64,000 nt of DNA from Eledone cirrhosa (GCA_964016885.1 OZ024742.1:348254001-348318000); one strand, 5' to 3'. Positions 13,601-27,225 are shown, numbered from the stretch's first letter. The notes: generated from the sequence alone by a model not told the origin. Program-made: numbers and translations.

Positions 13601-14588
13601 TCTTGTAAACATGACCTGGGCATAACTGTCAGCAGTGATTTGTATTGTCAGGCTAAGGGTGTCTTGGCATCACTCAGCAAGACCTTTGTCAGCCGCTCTC
13701 CATCTACCTATTTAAAGCTGTATATAGCTATGGTGCGGCCACACTTAGAATTTGCATCACCAGTCTGGAACCCCTATCTTGCTCAGAATATTGATCTCCT
13801 GGAAACTGTTTAGAGACGTGCAACCTCCATCAGGTATCTACCATACTCTGAACGCCTTGCTTCCCTGGGCATGGATACATTGAAGCTCCAATATCTGGCA
13901 ACTGATTTGGTAAACACCCACAAAATTATTAACCATCTTGCCAACAACAACCCTGAGCACCTTTTTGAATTCCATGTGTCTAACACCCGTGGACATGCCA
14001 ACAAAGTCAGGAAACAGTACAGCTCCCATGACTTTCGGAAACATTTTTTCATGCTCAGAGTTGCTGAAGCATGGAAAAAACTACTTGCATCAGTTATTAG
14101 CTGTCGAGACACTGCGTCCTTTAAAACCTCCATACTTACCAAAATTTGCCAACACTACACCTGATATTCCCCCTCCACACACACACATATGTATCTGAGT
14201 GTATATCATGACTCATACACTGTTCACTCTCCTGACATTTGTATATTATTCTATGTACTATACATGCACCTTTGATGAGTTGTAGTGCACCTGAGCACTG
14301 TGCACAATAATTTCATTATTATTATTATAAGAACCTTACATTAAGTTATTATCTTAATAATGAAATAATTAATAATTTTAGTAGTTCCCTCAAAATTCTT
14401 CATCAATTAATTGAAACAGTGTATTTCATTAGAAATATAGTCATGAAAGGGATAAGTTATGTTCCATAGAAGTTATGTTTGAGAAGTTAGTTATATTACT
14501 AAATCTCTACAAATTCTTGATTGTTTTCAAAATTATTTGAAACTCATAGACAGTGTCTTTCAGTAGAAATATGGTAACAAAAGGTTAA
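10615..14588. mobile_element. Two nested piggyBac-like (TTAA) MITE copies, interrupted by a CR1 LINE
   Basis: TTAAccctttagttacc (10709) ... aaagggataa (14455); ggtaacaaaaggTTAA (14588). The uninterrupted internal sequence is seen at about 40780-40938. Confidence 0.55.
10805..14328 (+). mobile_element. Near full-length degenerate CR1/L2-group LINE (ORF1, APE, RT, 3'UTR, (ATT)n tail)
   Basis: ORF1-like 10817-11491; APE pieces (ITVMETW, GVMVYV, DINHPQIDW); RT 12455-13594 (YLDFAKAFNSVPH, GVPQGSVLG, YADD); C-terminal RGHANK..RKHFF; tail attattattatta. Confidence 0.9.
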
Positions 14589-14595
14589 ATTCTTT

Positions 14596-14810
14596 ATCAT
14601 CATCATCATCACCATCAACATAATCAGAATTACCACCATCACCATCATCAACATAATCATTAACATCATCATCACTATCATCATCACCACCACCATCACC
14701 ACCACCATCACCACCATCATCACCATCATCATAATCATCACCATCATAATCATCATCATCATAATCATAATCATCATTGTAATCATAATCATCATCATTA
14801 TTATGGTCAT
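14596..14810. repeat. (CAT/CAC)n microsatellite
   Basis: Direct inspection. Confidence 0.9.
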
Positions 14811-15019
14811 TGTTTAATGTCTATTTTCCATGCTATCATGAGTAAGATGGGTTATCACGTTATAAAGCCTGACATATTAGGTGACCACGTCCTGCCCACA
14901 GAGGAGATGAAAAAACTAAGTAGGGAGATGCAATCAGTGTTGTAAAAGACCCTTCCAACCCATGCAAGCATGGAAAAACACCCATGATGATTAAATGTAT
15001 GTATGTATGTATGTATGTA

Positions 15020-17200
15020 AGTCTTCAGCCCACCAACATCCTCAGTAACTCCTCTGAGATTTAAGGATGATGCCAATATCATCATCAAAGAGCCATCAAA
15101 AATCATTCAGCATTGGGAGGAACATTTTACTAACCTGTTTGACAACCCATCAGCAGTCAATTTTGGAGTGATAGAGGGCCTTCCTCAATGTGAAACAGTC
15201 CACCGTAGGGACCAACTCCATTCTGCTGATGAAATAAAGCTGGCAGTCAAGCAGGTTAACTCTGGCAAGGCACCAGGTCCAGATGGTATCCCAGTTGATC
15301 TGCTGAAAGTTGGTAGTGATAATGTAACGGAAACAATAAACAACTTCATCACTGATTGCTGGAATGGGACCTCGGTTCTGCAAGTCTGGATCAACAGTAT
15401 CCTGTTATCATTATACAAAGGCAAAGGTGGAAAATCGATATGTGGTATCACTTTGTTGGAAGCTGTTGGCAAGGTTCTTGCAAGACTTTTGTGCACAACA
15501 GACTGGAGGAGGATATCTGTCCTATAGCTATCCCAGAATCACAGAGTGGTTTTAGAATAGGAAGGGGAACAGTTGACATGATTTTTTCTGTAAGACAAAT
15601 ACAAGAAAAATACGTTGAGCAGTCTGTCTCTCTATATCAAGTCTTTGTCGACTTAACGAAGGCCTTTGACACAGTTAACAGAGATGGACTCTGGATAATA
15701 CTTGGAAAAGTAGGATGTTCACCCAAGTTTGTGAGTATTCTAAAGCAGCTGCTTTAGAATTTACCTTCAATGATGAACTATCTGGGGAAATCCCAATTGG
15801 TAACGCGATAAAGTAAGGTGATATTCCTGCTCTTACACTTTTCTCCATCTTCTTTGCTGCCTTACTCACACATGCTCTCCATGATTGTGACAGAGGCATT
15901 CTTTTACGGTTCAGAACTACTGGAAAGTTTTTCAACTTAAGGCGGTTTAATGCTAAGACAAAAACTTTTCAAGCTCTAATCAGAGAGCTTTATCCAACAA
16001 TGCTGACTTCCTAAGACACACAGAAACTGACATGCAACACATTATGGACCCTTTCTCATCCTTGTGTACGACATTTGGGCTTACAATCAGCCTTGAAAAG
16101 ACTAAAGTAATGTTTACTCCTGCTCCCTGAGAATCATATACTGAACCCAATATCATGGTTAAGGGAACCAGGTTGGGAGTAGTAAATGAATTGGTCTACT
16201 TGGATAGCACACTCTCAAATGATGGTTTCTAGGATGCTGAAATACATCTGTGCATCCAGAAGGCCTCTGATGCCTTCGGAAAATTGGAAAAGAGAGTTTG
16301 GGCAAATTGCAACATTACCAACAATACCAAGGTGTGTGTGTATAGATCATGTGTTCTGTCTGCTCTTTTATACTCCACAGAAATCTGGACTCTATTCTGC
16401 AAACATATCAAATCAGCAGAAATGTTTAAGGCGCATATTCAACATCAAGTGGCAAGACAGAACTCCTGACATCAATGTCCTTGTCAAAGCAGAATGTCCA
16501 AGCATTGAGTCCCAAGTAACATCTCAAATTCGCTGGACAGGACATATCGTCTGCATAAAAGAAAGCAGGATACCAAAGCAACTGTTTACAGAAAAAAAGG
16601 CCTCAACACAAATCGAAAATGAGGTACGAGGACAGCATCAAGAACAACCTCAAAGAGCTGGCATTTGATATAGACAACTGGGAGGAGATAGCTCTAGATA
16701 GCGCTGAGTGGAGAAAGCGCATAAAGGGCAGTTGCAAAACTTTTGAGGAATGTCGTCTAGAACATAAACAACTGAAATGTCAGCTCCGGAAGTGCTATGC
16801 TCACAGTCTTGATGAAGACATCAGTAGTTGGACATGCACATTCTGTCATCGTGTACTCCTCTCAAAAGCTGTTTATGTTAATCACCTGAAGTCACATGAA
16901 AGGATAACCACCCACAACACCACTCAACAAAGACCTGGTGAAACAACGTGCATGATATGCAACAAAGTGTGTAGAACTAGTTCCGGACTAAAAAAACACA
17001 TGGTGGTACGAAAGGATTGTGTCCCACAGGGTGAACCCACCAGTCCTATGGAAAGCACAACTCTCATTTCTCACCTGTGTCGTAAACCATGCAGATCTAC
17101 AGCTGGTCTACAAAGTCATCTATTAAGTCATGGATGCAGATGGGATGACAATAAAGAATCAAGAAGAGATGGCAATCATCTGTGAGGACGCTGCAATCCT
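15020..17200 (+). mobile_element. 5'-truncated degenerate RTE (BovB-like) LINE with C-terminal C2H2 fingers
   Basis: KAPGPDGIP, PESQSGFR, FVDLTKAFDTVNR, IRWTGHIV; three finger-like units in ORF 16619-17185; many frameshifts. Confidence 0.88.
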
Positions 17201-17269
17201 CATGTATATATGTGTGTATGTGTGTATGTAAGTGTTTATGTATGTACACACTTGTTTGGTGAGGAGAGG

Positions 17270-17650
17270 GATATTTGGACACCCTGCGAGATGAAATACA
17301 AGACCTGGCAAAGGGCGGAGGAACTCAGCAGAGTCAACGGCCATCCAAATAATTTTTTTTTTGCCTGGGAGTGAAAGGCCCCCAGTTGTTGTCACAACAT
17401 CTTTCTAGGAGAGGGAAACTCTGAAAAAAAAACCTGTGGCTTCGGAAGCATCCGATGATGTTGACCAGTTCTCCTTTTTGGGTAGTGTTTTCGATGCTCA
17501 GAAAGTGGGATTAGTCGAGTGTAAGGCCTTTCCCCACTTAAAAAAACCTTCAAAGCACAGGCATTGCTTGTTCAGGATATTGTCACAGATTTGTGTGGCT
17601 GGCCGTAGCCTAAAAGTGCACCATTTTCTGTAATCTGACAAGCAATTGCA
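17270..17650 (+). mobile_element. Solo copy of a putative RTE 5'UTR
   Basis: Colinear similarity to 21990-22255 (gggagtgaa..ctaggaga..gatgatgttga..gctcaga.agtgggatt..cacttaaaaa..gcacaggcattgc). Confidence 0.55.
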
Positions 17651-18408
17651 ATATTCAGAGTTTGCAGCCATCATATATGTATGTCCATATGTATGTATGA
17701 AAGTGTTTATGTATGTATGTATGTGTCTATGTAAGGGTGGTGGATTGGCAATAATCGGTAAAGTGTCAGACAAAATGCTTTGTGGCTCTTTATGTTCTGA
17801 GTTCAAATCCCGCAGAGGTTAGCTTTGCCTGTCACCCCCCAAAATTGCTGGCCTTGTGCCTAAAGTAGAAATTATTTTATAAAGTTTTACTAATAGCGAA
17901 AGTCAGTTTCTAACATAGATATGAGACTCTCTCATTGGAATTTGTGTGTCTATGTCTCTGTGTGTTTGTGTGTGTATGTCTCTGTGTGTTTGTGTGTGTG
18001 TTTGAGTGTGTATATTGTTGAATATGTGTGTTTGAATGCCTGTGTATGTGTGTGTAGTTATGTATGTTGTTGAATGTGTATATGTATGTTTGTGTGTCTG
18101 TATATCTGTGTGTGTATGTGTGTGTGTATGTGTTTGTGTGTGTGTGTGTGTATGTGTGTGAGTATGTATGTTGTTGACTGTGAGGCATGTGGAAGAGAGT
18201 GTAGATCAGCAGCAGAGCTGGACATGTGACAGTCCTTAAGTACTTGATAACCACTGCCTGCTGTTGTCCAACATTTCTATCATAGTTGTGTCAGTAAGAC
18301 ACTTGCAATGATTTGATTGCAGCACAGTACAATAAAAGATGTTGTGTGATGGCCATACTTGATAATTAGGGGGCAGCCTTTATGTATGTATGTATGTATG
18401 TATGTATG

Positions 18409-21400
18409 TTTTCTCTTTCTCTTAATTTCGAGTATATTTTTTTGACCGGCCACCTTCCTGGTGGCAAGGTTGTAAAAGAAAAGAAATTGTCATCCCTTGA
18501 ATCGCAAGAATGTTTTGCAAATTTTGAAGGTGCCAGCTATCGCAGCCATTTGTAGACTATGAATTAGGGAGCTGCGCTTTTTGTCCGCAAATCCAAGTTC
18601 AGTCATACTTTGGTCCAAGCGGGTTGGTATATAACCCGTAGCACCAATAATGATGGGTATGAAGCTAAAGGTGTATCTTGGATACTGGATTTGTAAACTC
18701 CTCATCAATGGTCCGTAGATGTCCTCCTTCTGTATTTTTCTGACAACGTTTACATCAAGTGGGCAGCTGATCTCCACAACAGAACACGTTTTCAGTGTGT
18801 GGTCCCAAACTACAATATCAGGCCGGTTGTGCTTTAATTTGGTGGCAGTTTTTATTTTCAGGTTCCACCAGTATTCCTTAGTGCCATCTGTCTCAATATA
18901 TTCTTCCTCGTTTGTTGTTAATTTTGTTTTCCGAAGTGCGTTCCAGATGGTTCTAGCTATCCCATCGTGTCTCATGGGGAGGTAGTAGCGAGATGACATT
19001 CTTTCGCAGCTGGCAACAATGTGGCTTACATCCTCGATCTTTGTTTTACATAGCCTACATTTATTGTCAGCTGCTGACCCTCCTCTTTTGTGCAGCAGAT
19101 ATTTGGTAGGGAGTTCTTGTTCCTGTATTGCATAGAGATATCCCTCAAGGTGTGATGTCATAAACTTGTCGGAACTCCATGCCAGGCTTTTTGAGTGGTT
19201 TATCCTCTCTATGGTCTGTGTTTTACGCCTCAAGTATCCATGCACAACTTTTTCTGTGTTTTGGTCAATTTTTTTATCTTGTTTGAACATTGAATAGGAT
19301 CTTCCGATTTCTCTGGGTGAGAGATTTATATCAGGCTTTATTCCATATCTCTCCTCCAGATCAGTCGCTATTCTAATGATATTTCTTTTTTCATGCTCAT
19401 AAACCTGGGCAAGATGGTTGCCAACCTTTTTCCTCTGTTGAAGGTGTTGCTTCAGTGTTACTATCCGGGTCTCATATGTTGTTAATATTGATTTTAGACC
19501 CCGGCCACCTTCCTTGCGTGAGAAGTATAGCCTATCCACATCACCATTGATGTTAAAGTTCCCAGTAACACTGAGAAGTTTTCGAGTTCTAACATCCATC
19601 TCACTTAGTTCTTGCAATGACCAGTTCAGTAGGCCAAATGTTGGCGTTAGAATTGGCACAGCATAAGTATTGTGGGCAATGTATTTGTTGTATGCTGACA
19701 GTTCTGATGACCATATTTTCTTTACTCTTCTGAGGTATTCAGTTCTGGTTCTCTCCTTATTTATGGGTCCATCATATCTGACATTCTCATCCTGTCTAAG
19801 ATATCTGTAGTTGTCACCTGACTGCAGAGGTTGTATTGTCAGGCCATTCATCTCTAGATTTCTAGAGGAGGGCACAGCTCTTCCACGTTTTACTGCCAAA
19901 TATGCACACTTGGACTCACCAAATTTCATTTTGATGTCGGTTGAAAATTGTGTAATGAGGTCCAATTGTTTCTTGATGTCATTGATATTTGGCCCATACA
20001 ACTTCAGGTCATCAACAAAGAAAAGATGGGAGATACTTATGGGCCCACTTCTTTGTCCACCTTGTTTCCTGAGTAGGTAAGATAGTGGATTCAGTGAGAG
20101 AACGAAGAGTAGCACTGACAATTAATCACCCTGAAAGATGCCCTTCTGGTAATGTATCTTATCAGTCTTAACCTGCTCCTTCTCACCTCTAAGGATCAAA
20201 TTGGTGTACCAGTTCTTGGTCAGGCGTTCAACAGCAGCTACCAATGGTTGTGGGACTTTAGCTAACTGTAAAGCCTTAATAATCCACCCATGAGGTACAC
20301 TATCAAATGCTTTTTGATAGTCCAGCCACACGACAGTCATGTTTCTGCGATTCTTTGTTGTTTTTTCCTGAATCATTTTGTTAGTTAGTAGGTGATCTAT
20401 GCAACCCCACACCTCCCTCTTTCTACCAGCTTGCTCAGGTGTTATGATGTTGTTGGTAGCACAGTGATCCTGTAAGAACAGGTTAAGGCACCCAGTATAT
20501 AATTTATACATGATGTTTTGGCAGGCAATTGGGTGGTAATTTTTAGCAAGGGTGGTTTGGCTATTTTTGGGAATGAGGAGAATAGTGGCAGTTGATAACC
20601 ATCTGTGCAGTTCTTGTGTGCCCTTAATGGTTTCTGTAAACAGCCGTATGAGATCTTGCCGATAGAAAGTGAAATTCTTCAACCAGTATCCTGTAATGAG
20701 GTCTGGGCCTGGCGATTTCCTATTCGACATTTTCTGTAGAGCTGTTTCCAGTATTGACCCATCTATGTCATATTGTTTTGTCTGGACATGTTGGCAGTAG
20801 TCCTGTTCCAGTTCTTTTAGCCAATTAGCTTGTCTGTTGAATCCATCATCCGTTTCCCATACAGATCTCCAGTAGCTCTCAACCTGTTCTTTTGAAGGGG
20901 TGTCGTTTACAGGGATTGAGCTTTTGCCACCTAAGCTGCGATAAACTGATTTAGGATCTCTGGCAAACAATCTATTTAGCACTTGTCGTTTATGTGCTGT
21001 TGACTTATATTTTAGTATTTATGTTGTAGCTGTGAGTTGTTGTTTCAACTGGTGTAATTTGGAGTTCAAAGTTTTAAATTTTGTATCTCGAAATCGTCTC
21101 TCTAACTTTTTCTTTAGGTCTTCCTGGTGTCGTGTGAAGTTGCTCTCTATGTTGCATTTCATAACGACTGCGATGTGTGAGATACTTCGTCTCAGGGACA
21201 AAATTTTGGTTTTTAAATTTCGCATCCACGCTGGTTCAGGCTTTCTGTTTGTATCTTGATTGCGTGGTTTTAGATGTGTGTTATATGATAGCAATGTGAC
21301 AGCTGAAACATATAACAAAACATTAAGCGTTTCAAATGTCGTTTCTACACCTTTAGATCATATAGCCTTCAGATAATTGCCAGCTATTTCGTTCACCGCT

Positions 21401-21566
21401 TCCAATTCCAATCCAATTCCAATTTAGTGGGTTCTTTACTGACTCTAGTGTTGTATGGTCTGTCACTCACATTAACGCTGTGTATCTCTTGAAACATATC
21501 GTTCCATATCACTTGTAGGGTGCCCACAAGTTTTTGGTGCTCTGTTTGTTCAGTAGAGTCATGAAT
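18409..21566 (-). mobile_element. R4/Dong-like non-LTR retrotransposon (RT, CCHC finger, restriction-like endonuclease), 5'-truncated
   Basis: In-frame segments 21019-21318, 20122-20982 and 18490-20121 separated by stops. KSPGPD, WLDYQKAFDSVPH, GIFQGD, HLFFVDDLK, CRLC..HIVASC..RHD, RPDIVVWD..EISCP. (TATG)n on both flanks. Confidence 0.9.
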
Positions 21567-21855
21567 TATGTATGTATGTATGTATGTATGTATGTATGTA
21601 TGTATGTATGTATGTATGTATGTATGTATGTATGTATGTGTGTGTGTATGAATATATGTGTGTATGAATGTGTGTATGTATGTATGTATGTGTGTATGTA
21701 TGTATGTTTGTGTATGTATGTATGTTTGTGTGTGTATGTATGTATGTGTGTATGTATGTATGTGTTGACATAATCTAGTATCAGTAACGACGGTTATATA
21801 TATATATATGTGTGTGTGTGTAAGTGAGTGGTGTGTGTGTATTTGTTTGTATGAG

Positions 21856-21940
<85 letters not shown>
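21567..21940. repeat. (TATG)n / (TG)n microsatellite block
   Basis: Direct inspection. Confidence 0.95.
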
Positions 21941-21941
<1 letters not shown>

Positions 21942-21984
21942 ATAAGTATGAGTGTCACTAAGTGAGTTTTTTTTTATGCACAGG

Positions 21985-22547
21985 GACATAGAAATAATTG
22001 GGCTGGATACCCGATCGCGCGGTTAAACCACTGGGAGTGAAGGACCCCTAGCCTTTGTCAAGGCGTTCTTCTAGGAGAAGGCATCTTAGGAAACTGGGAT
22101 AACTCCGACATAAAACCTGCAGCTCAGTAGTTATCGATGATGTTGATCTTTTCTTCTTTTCGGGTTATAGCTACTGTCGCTCAGAGAGTGGGATTGGTTC
22201 AGTGCACAGTCTTTCCTCACTTTAAAAATAATCTTCACGCACAGGCATTGCACGATTGCATTAATTAATAATTATTAATAGTGTTAAAGAAAAGTGATGT
22301 TTCTCTTTGTCGAATAAATAAATGCACAATCAAGTCTAACAATCATTTTATTTAATGCAATAATTTAGTAAATTTCCTACAACGTCAATATTTTGAGGAG
22401 CGGATCTTTCCACGTCTGTTCATGTCCGTGGTCTAAAAAGAGTCAGTGAACCAGTGGCTGTGTCCGGGTGTATTTTTGCCTCCCTTCCCTGAAGGGTTGT
22501 TAAGGGGAGGCAACTGCTAGCTACCAAGCGACCATCTCAGCCACTAC

Positions 22548-22603
<56 letters not shown>

Positions 22604-25600
22604 TTTTTTTTTTCCCAATTCAATGATATTTCAAAACAATATAAAAGAGATCATTGGCAATAAGGGCAGGGGCCCCAGGTTATCACAGCCTGGGCCCGCT
22701 CGTCATCGTGTCACTGTAATAGAGCCAAACAAGGCATTTAATATTGGCTGCTGGAAGGTACGGACGCTGCTTGACAGGGATTCCTTGGAGCGTCCTGAAC
22801 AAAGGACCACTCTTGTTGCAAAGGAGCTTCGACGTTACGATCTTGACATTGTAGTTTTATCTGAGACGAGGTTAGCTGGAGATGGTCATCTTACAGAATT
22901 TTGTGGAGAATATACATTCTTCTGGAAAGGAAGAGATGATGGGACCAGAAGAGAGGCTGGGGTAGCATTTGCTGTTAAGATTGCTCTTGTGGATAAATTA
23001 GAAGAATTCCCAGTGGGTATTAGTGAGCGTCTTATGTCCATGAGAATTCCGCTGAACAAAGGAAGATATGTGACCCTGGTGAGTGTGTATGCTCCAACTA
23101 TGAATTCTGTCGATGAAGAAAAAGTGTTTTTTACCATGCTTTGAAAGGTGTTTTAAGAAATATCCCTCAGGCAGACAAGGTCATCGTGCTGGGTGACTTT
23201 AATGCTAGAGTGAGTAGCATTAAAGTCACCAAGCACGATGACCATGGAATGTAATTGGAAGGCATGAGGTGGGAAAGTGTAACAACAATGGTATGCTCCT
23301 GCTGCAGCTGGATCTGTGTGTTACCAACACCATGTTCCAGCCAGCAAAAGAACAAATTTAAGACCACATGGATGCATCCTGCATCTAAGGAATGGCATCT
23401 ATTGGACTACGTCCTTGTCAGGATGCATGACAGACATGATGTGCAGTGTGTTCATGCTCTTCGTGGAGCTGAGTGCTGGACGGACCACCGCCTGGTTCGC
23501 GAAAAGTGAATCTAATCACTAAACGTAAGATCTGGGCTCCTGGTGTTAACCTGCCCAGGAGATTGAATGCTGCTCGTCTTAGAGATAAAAATGTGAAGAG
23601 AACATTGTGAGAAGAGATGCATGTTGCAGATCTTGGTGAGGATTGGCCGACCCTTAAAAAGTCGGTTTATGATGTAGGCAGGCTGGGATTGGTGCAGAGA
23701 AAACTTCAAGACTGGTTTAATGAGAATGATGAACATATAGAAGACTTGTTGGCTGATAAGAGGCATGCTCTGTCACACTACTTGGCAGCAAAACCACAGG
23801 AGAAGAATATGTTGCATAAGGAACTCAAGAATATGAAATCACGTGTGAAGCGGAGTCTTTCGCAGATGAAGGATCAGTGGTGGAGTGAGAAGGCTGATGA
23901 GATATAAGCTGCATCAGATTCCAATAAGACAAAGCTTCTCTAGTGACACCGCTTCGCAGCAAGGATGGCAAGGAACTTCTTCGTGACTCACAAGGAATTC
24001 TACGAAGGTGGCGATAGCACTTTGATGAACTTTTGAATCAGCCGTCTGTCGTCAATGAAGATTTCCTCAATCTCATTCCTGAAAAACCTGCGAAAGTAGC
24101 TCTCGCAGAACCACCGACGCTTGTGGAGGTTGTAATAGCTATCTCGAAGCTGAACAGTGCAAGGTCTCCAGGTATGGATGGCATGCATGCAGAGCTCCTA
24201 CAATATGGTGGTGATAGACTTCTGCAACATCTTCACTCTTTGTTTGGCAGGACTGGAGAGATATGGTAATGGTGGTCTTGTACAAGGAAAAGGGAAACAA
24301 GAATGATTGTGGAAACTATAGGGGTATGTCATTGCTTTCTGTCATAGGAAACATTTTTTTGCAGGGTGCTTCTGGTCCGTCTGCTGACACGCATTGCAGA
24401 TTGTGTTCTTCCTGAAAGTCAATATGGTTTTCATGCAGGACACAGCACTACTGATATGATCTTCTCAGCTAGACAGCTCCAGGAGAAGTGCATGGAACAA
24501 GGTTTGAATCTGTATCAGGTTTTTGTCGATCTGACAAAAGCTTTCGATACTGTTAACAGAAATGCATTGTGGAAGGTTCTCCAGAAACTTGGTTGCCCTG
24601 ATAAGTTCCTTGCTTTGGTTAGGTCTTTCCACGATGACATGAAGGCTTGGGTTAATGTCAGAGGTAACATGTCGGAGCCTATCTCAGTAAAAAATGGAGT
24701 GAAACAGGGGGATATTCCAACACTGACCCTGTTTGCCATATACTTTGCAATGGTTTTTTATATTTCATTCAGGAATTGCGAGCATGGTGTTTACATCCAA
24801 TATCGAACCTCAGGCAGCATATTTAACATCAGGTGCTTTGCTGCAAAAACAAAAGTATTTACATCAATCATAAGAGACCTCTTGTATGCAGATGATTGAA
24901 ATCTTGTAGCGCACACAGAGATTGATATGCAGCACATATTGAATGCATTTTCTGATGCTTGCACTGCCCTGTCAGTCTGTCAGTCTGTCAGTCTCAAGAA
25001 AACCTTCGTCATGTACCAACCTGCCCCTGGTAAGCAGTACAGTGAACCAAATATCTATGTGTATGGTAAACGACTTGGAGTGGTTGATCAGTTTGTCTTC
25101 CATGGAACACTGCCAATCGATACAGCAATCTTGATAATGAAATTCCACTCAGGATTAGGAAAGCAAGTGATGCTTTCGGTACGCTAAAAAGGCGACTCTG
25201 GGGTCGGCGAGACATATGCAAGAGGACAAAGGTAAAAGTGTACAAGGCATGTATGCTTTCTTCTCTTCTTTATGCCTGCAACACCTGAGTCACATATCGA
25301 CACCACCTTAAACAATTGGAGCATTTTCATCAGATGTGTCTCAGATGGATCCATGGTGTTCACTGGAGGGACCACATCAGTGATGTTGAGATTTTGGAAA
25401 GCTCTCTGTGTGATGGTATAGAAGCTCTTGTGCTTAAGCAAAGACTCTGATGGAGTGGTCACCTTGCCACCTTGCTAGAATACCAAAACAACTCTTTTAT
25501 GGAGTTAGTTAAAGGAAAACGACCGCCACATAAACCAAAAAAGAGGTATAAGGATTCGTTGAAAGCCTCTCTGAAAGACGCTAACATCTCTGCTGATACA

Positions 25601-26065
25601 TGGGAAAATGTTGCTGCTGATCGTAATAAATGGAGAAAGACTGTACGTGAGGGAAAAGTTGCCTTTGAGGCATCTTGAATTGCATACGAGAAAGTAAAGC
25701 GGGATGTGAGGAAGGGCATTGCTGTTGCACTTCCAGACGGCGAGGGTCCTCCTATGGTGCTGACATACAGTGTCTGTGCGAGACTCTGCCTAAGCAAAGC
25801 TGGACTCGAAAGTCATCTTCGCAGTCATAAAGTAAGACCAGTGGTTGACTACCAGGCTGCTGTTGGAGATGCTACTCATGCCTGCCAAGCATGTGGTAAA
25901 GAGTGTAAATCAGCAGGAGGGCTCAAACGACATGCAAAAGTACACGAACTCCAACCACAGCCGACTATTCCCAGTGAATATTTTGGTTGCCGACTCTGTG
26001 CAAGACTTTTTAGATCATTGGCTGGGCTAAAAAGCCACATTCGATTGCAGCACTGTTAATTGTTA
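21985..26065 (+). mobile_element. Near full-length degenerate RTE (BovB-like) LINE: 5'UTR, APE, RT, three C2H2 fingers
   Basis: APE (WKVRTL, LSETR, GVAFAV, YAPT, TWMHP..LDY, TDHRL); RT (PESQYGF, FVDLTKAFD, GVKQG, YADD); finger units in ORF 25706-26059; (TG)n after the 3' end. Confidence 0.9.
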
Positions 26066-26854
26066 TCATGTGTGTGTGTGTGTGTGTGCGCGTGCGTGTG
26101 TGTATGTATATATAGATATGTATATGTGTGTGTGTGTATATATATATATATTTGGCAGTATCGGTAGAGGGTCGGATGCCATGCTTTGACGCATAGAGTT
26201 ACGGCCCTTGCCATTCTGAGTTCAAATCCCACCGAGGTTAACTTTGCCTTTCATCCTTACGGGGTCGATAAAATAAAGTACCAGTAATGCACTGGGTAAT
26301 TGCTGGCCTTGTGCCAAAATAGAAACAATTATTATTATTGTTATTGTTATTATTATTATTGTCGTTATTATGGTTTTTTTTTTCGTGCAATGGCCATACT
26401 CGATCAAGTGTGTATGTATGTATGTGTGTTTGTGTGTGTATACATGCGTGTATGTGTTTGTATGTACATATGTATGTATGTAGGTATATATTTGTGTCTA
26501 TGTACGTATATGTGTGTGTATACATCTGTCTGTCTGCTTGCCTGTACATATGTATGTCTGTAAGTTCATATGTACATGGTATTCAGTGTTACACAGGGTC
26601 TATTGCTTCACTATTCCAGTGTAAACACAAGAAACAAAGACAACATATTTCAATGATTGTGTTGATATAAATATCCATTGAAGGAAACAGCTGTTACAAC
26701 AAAACAACTATAATGAAATTGAGGTTATGGAGAAGAGACACTCACTTGACCTGTTAGAAATAGCAGCTAAATCTCTATCTAAAATATACCACACCATTTG
26801 AAAGGGGGGGAGGGGATGCATTGGATAATGTAGAGACAAAGTGTCTAAAAAGGC

Positions 26855-27225
26855 ACCTTTTTGAATTCCATGTCCAACACCCATGGACATGCTTACAAAA
26901 TCAGAAAACATCACAGCTCCCATGACTTTCAGAAACATTTTTTAACACTCAGAGTTGCTGAAGCATGAAACAAACTACCTGCATCAGTTGTTAGTTGTCG
27001 GGACACTGCAGCCTTTAAAACTTCCATGATTCCAAAAATTCACCTGACATTCTCTCTCCATATACACACATGTGTATATGTGTGTGTGTTTGTGTATCTG
27101 TGTATATCATGACTCATACACTGCTCACTTTCCTGACATTTGTATATTATTCTATGTACTATACATGTACCTTTGATAAGTTGTAGTGCACTTGAGCATT
27201 GTATACAATCATTTTCATTATTATA
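26855..27225 (+). mobile_element. 3' fragment of the same CR1 family as 10805-14328
   Basis: Closely similar to 13960-14325 (tttgaattccatgt...gtagtgcac.tgagca..tttcattattat). Confidence 0.85.
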
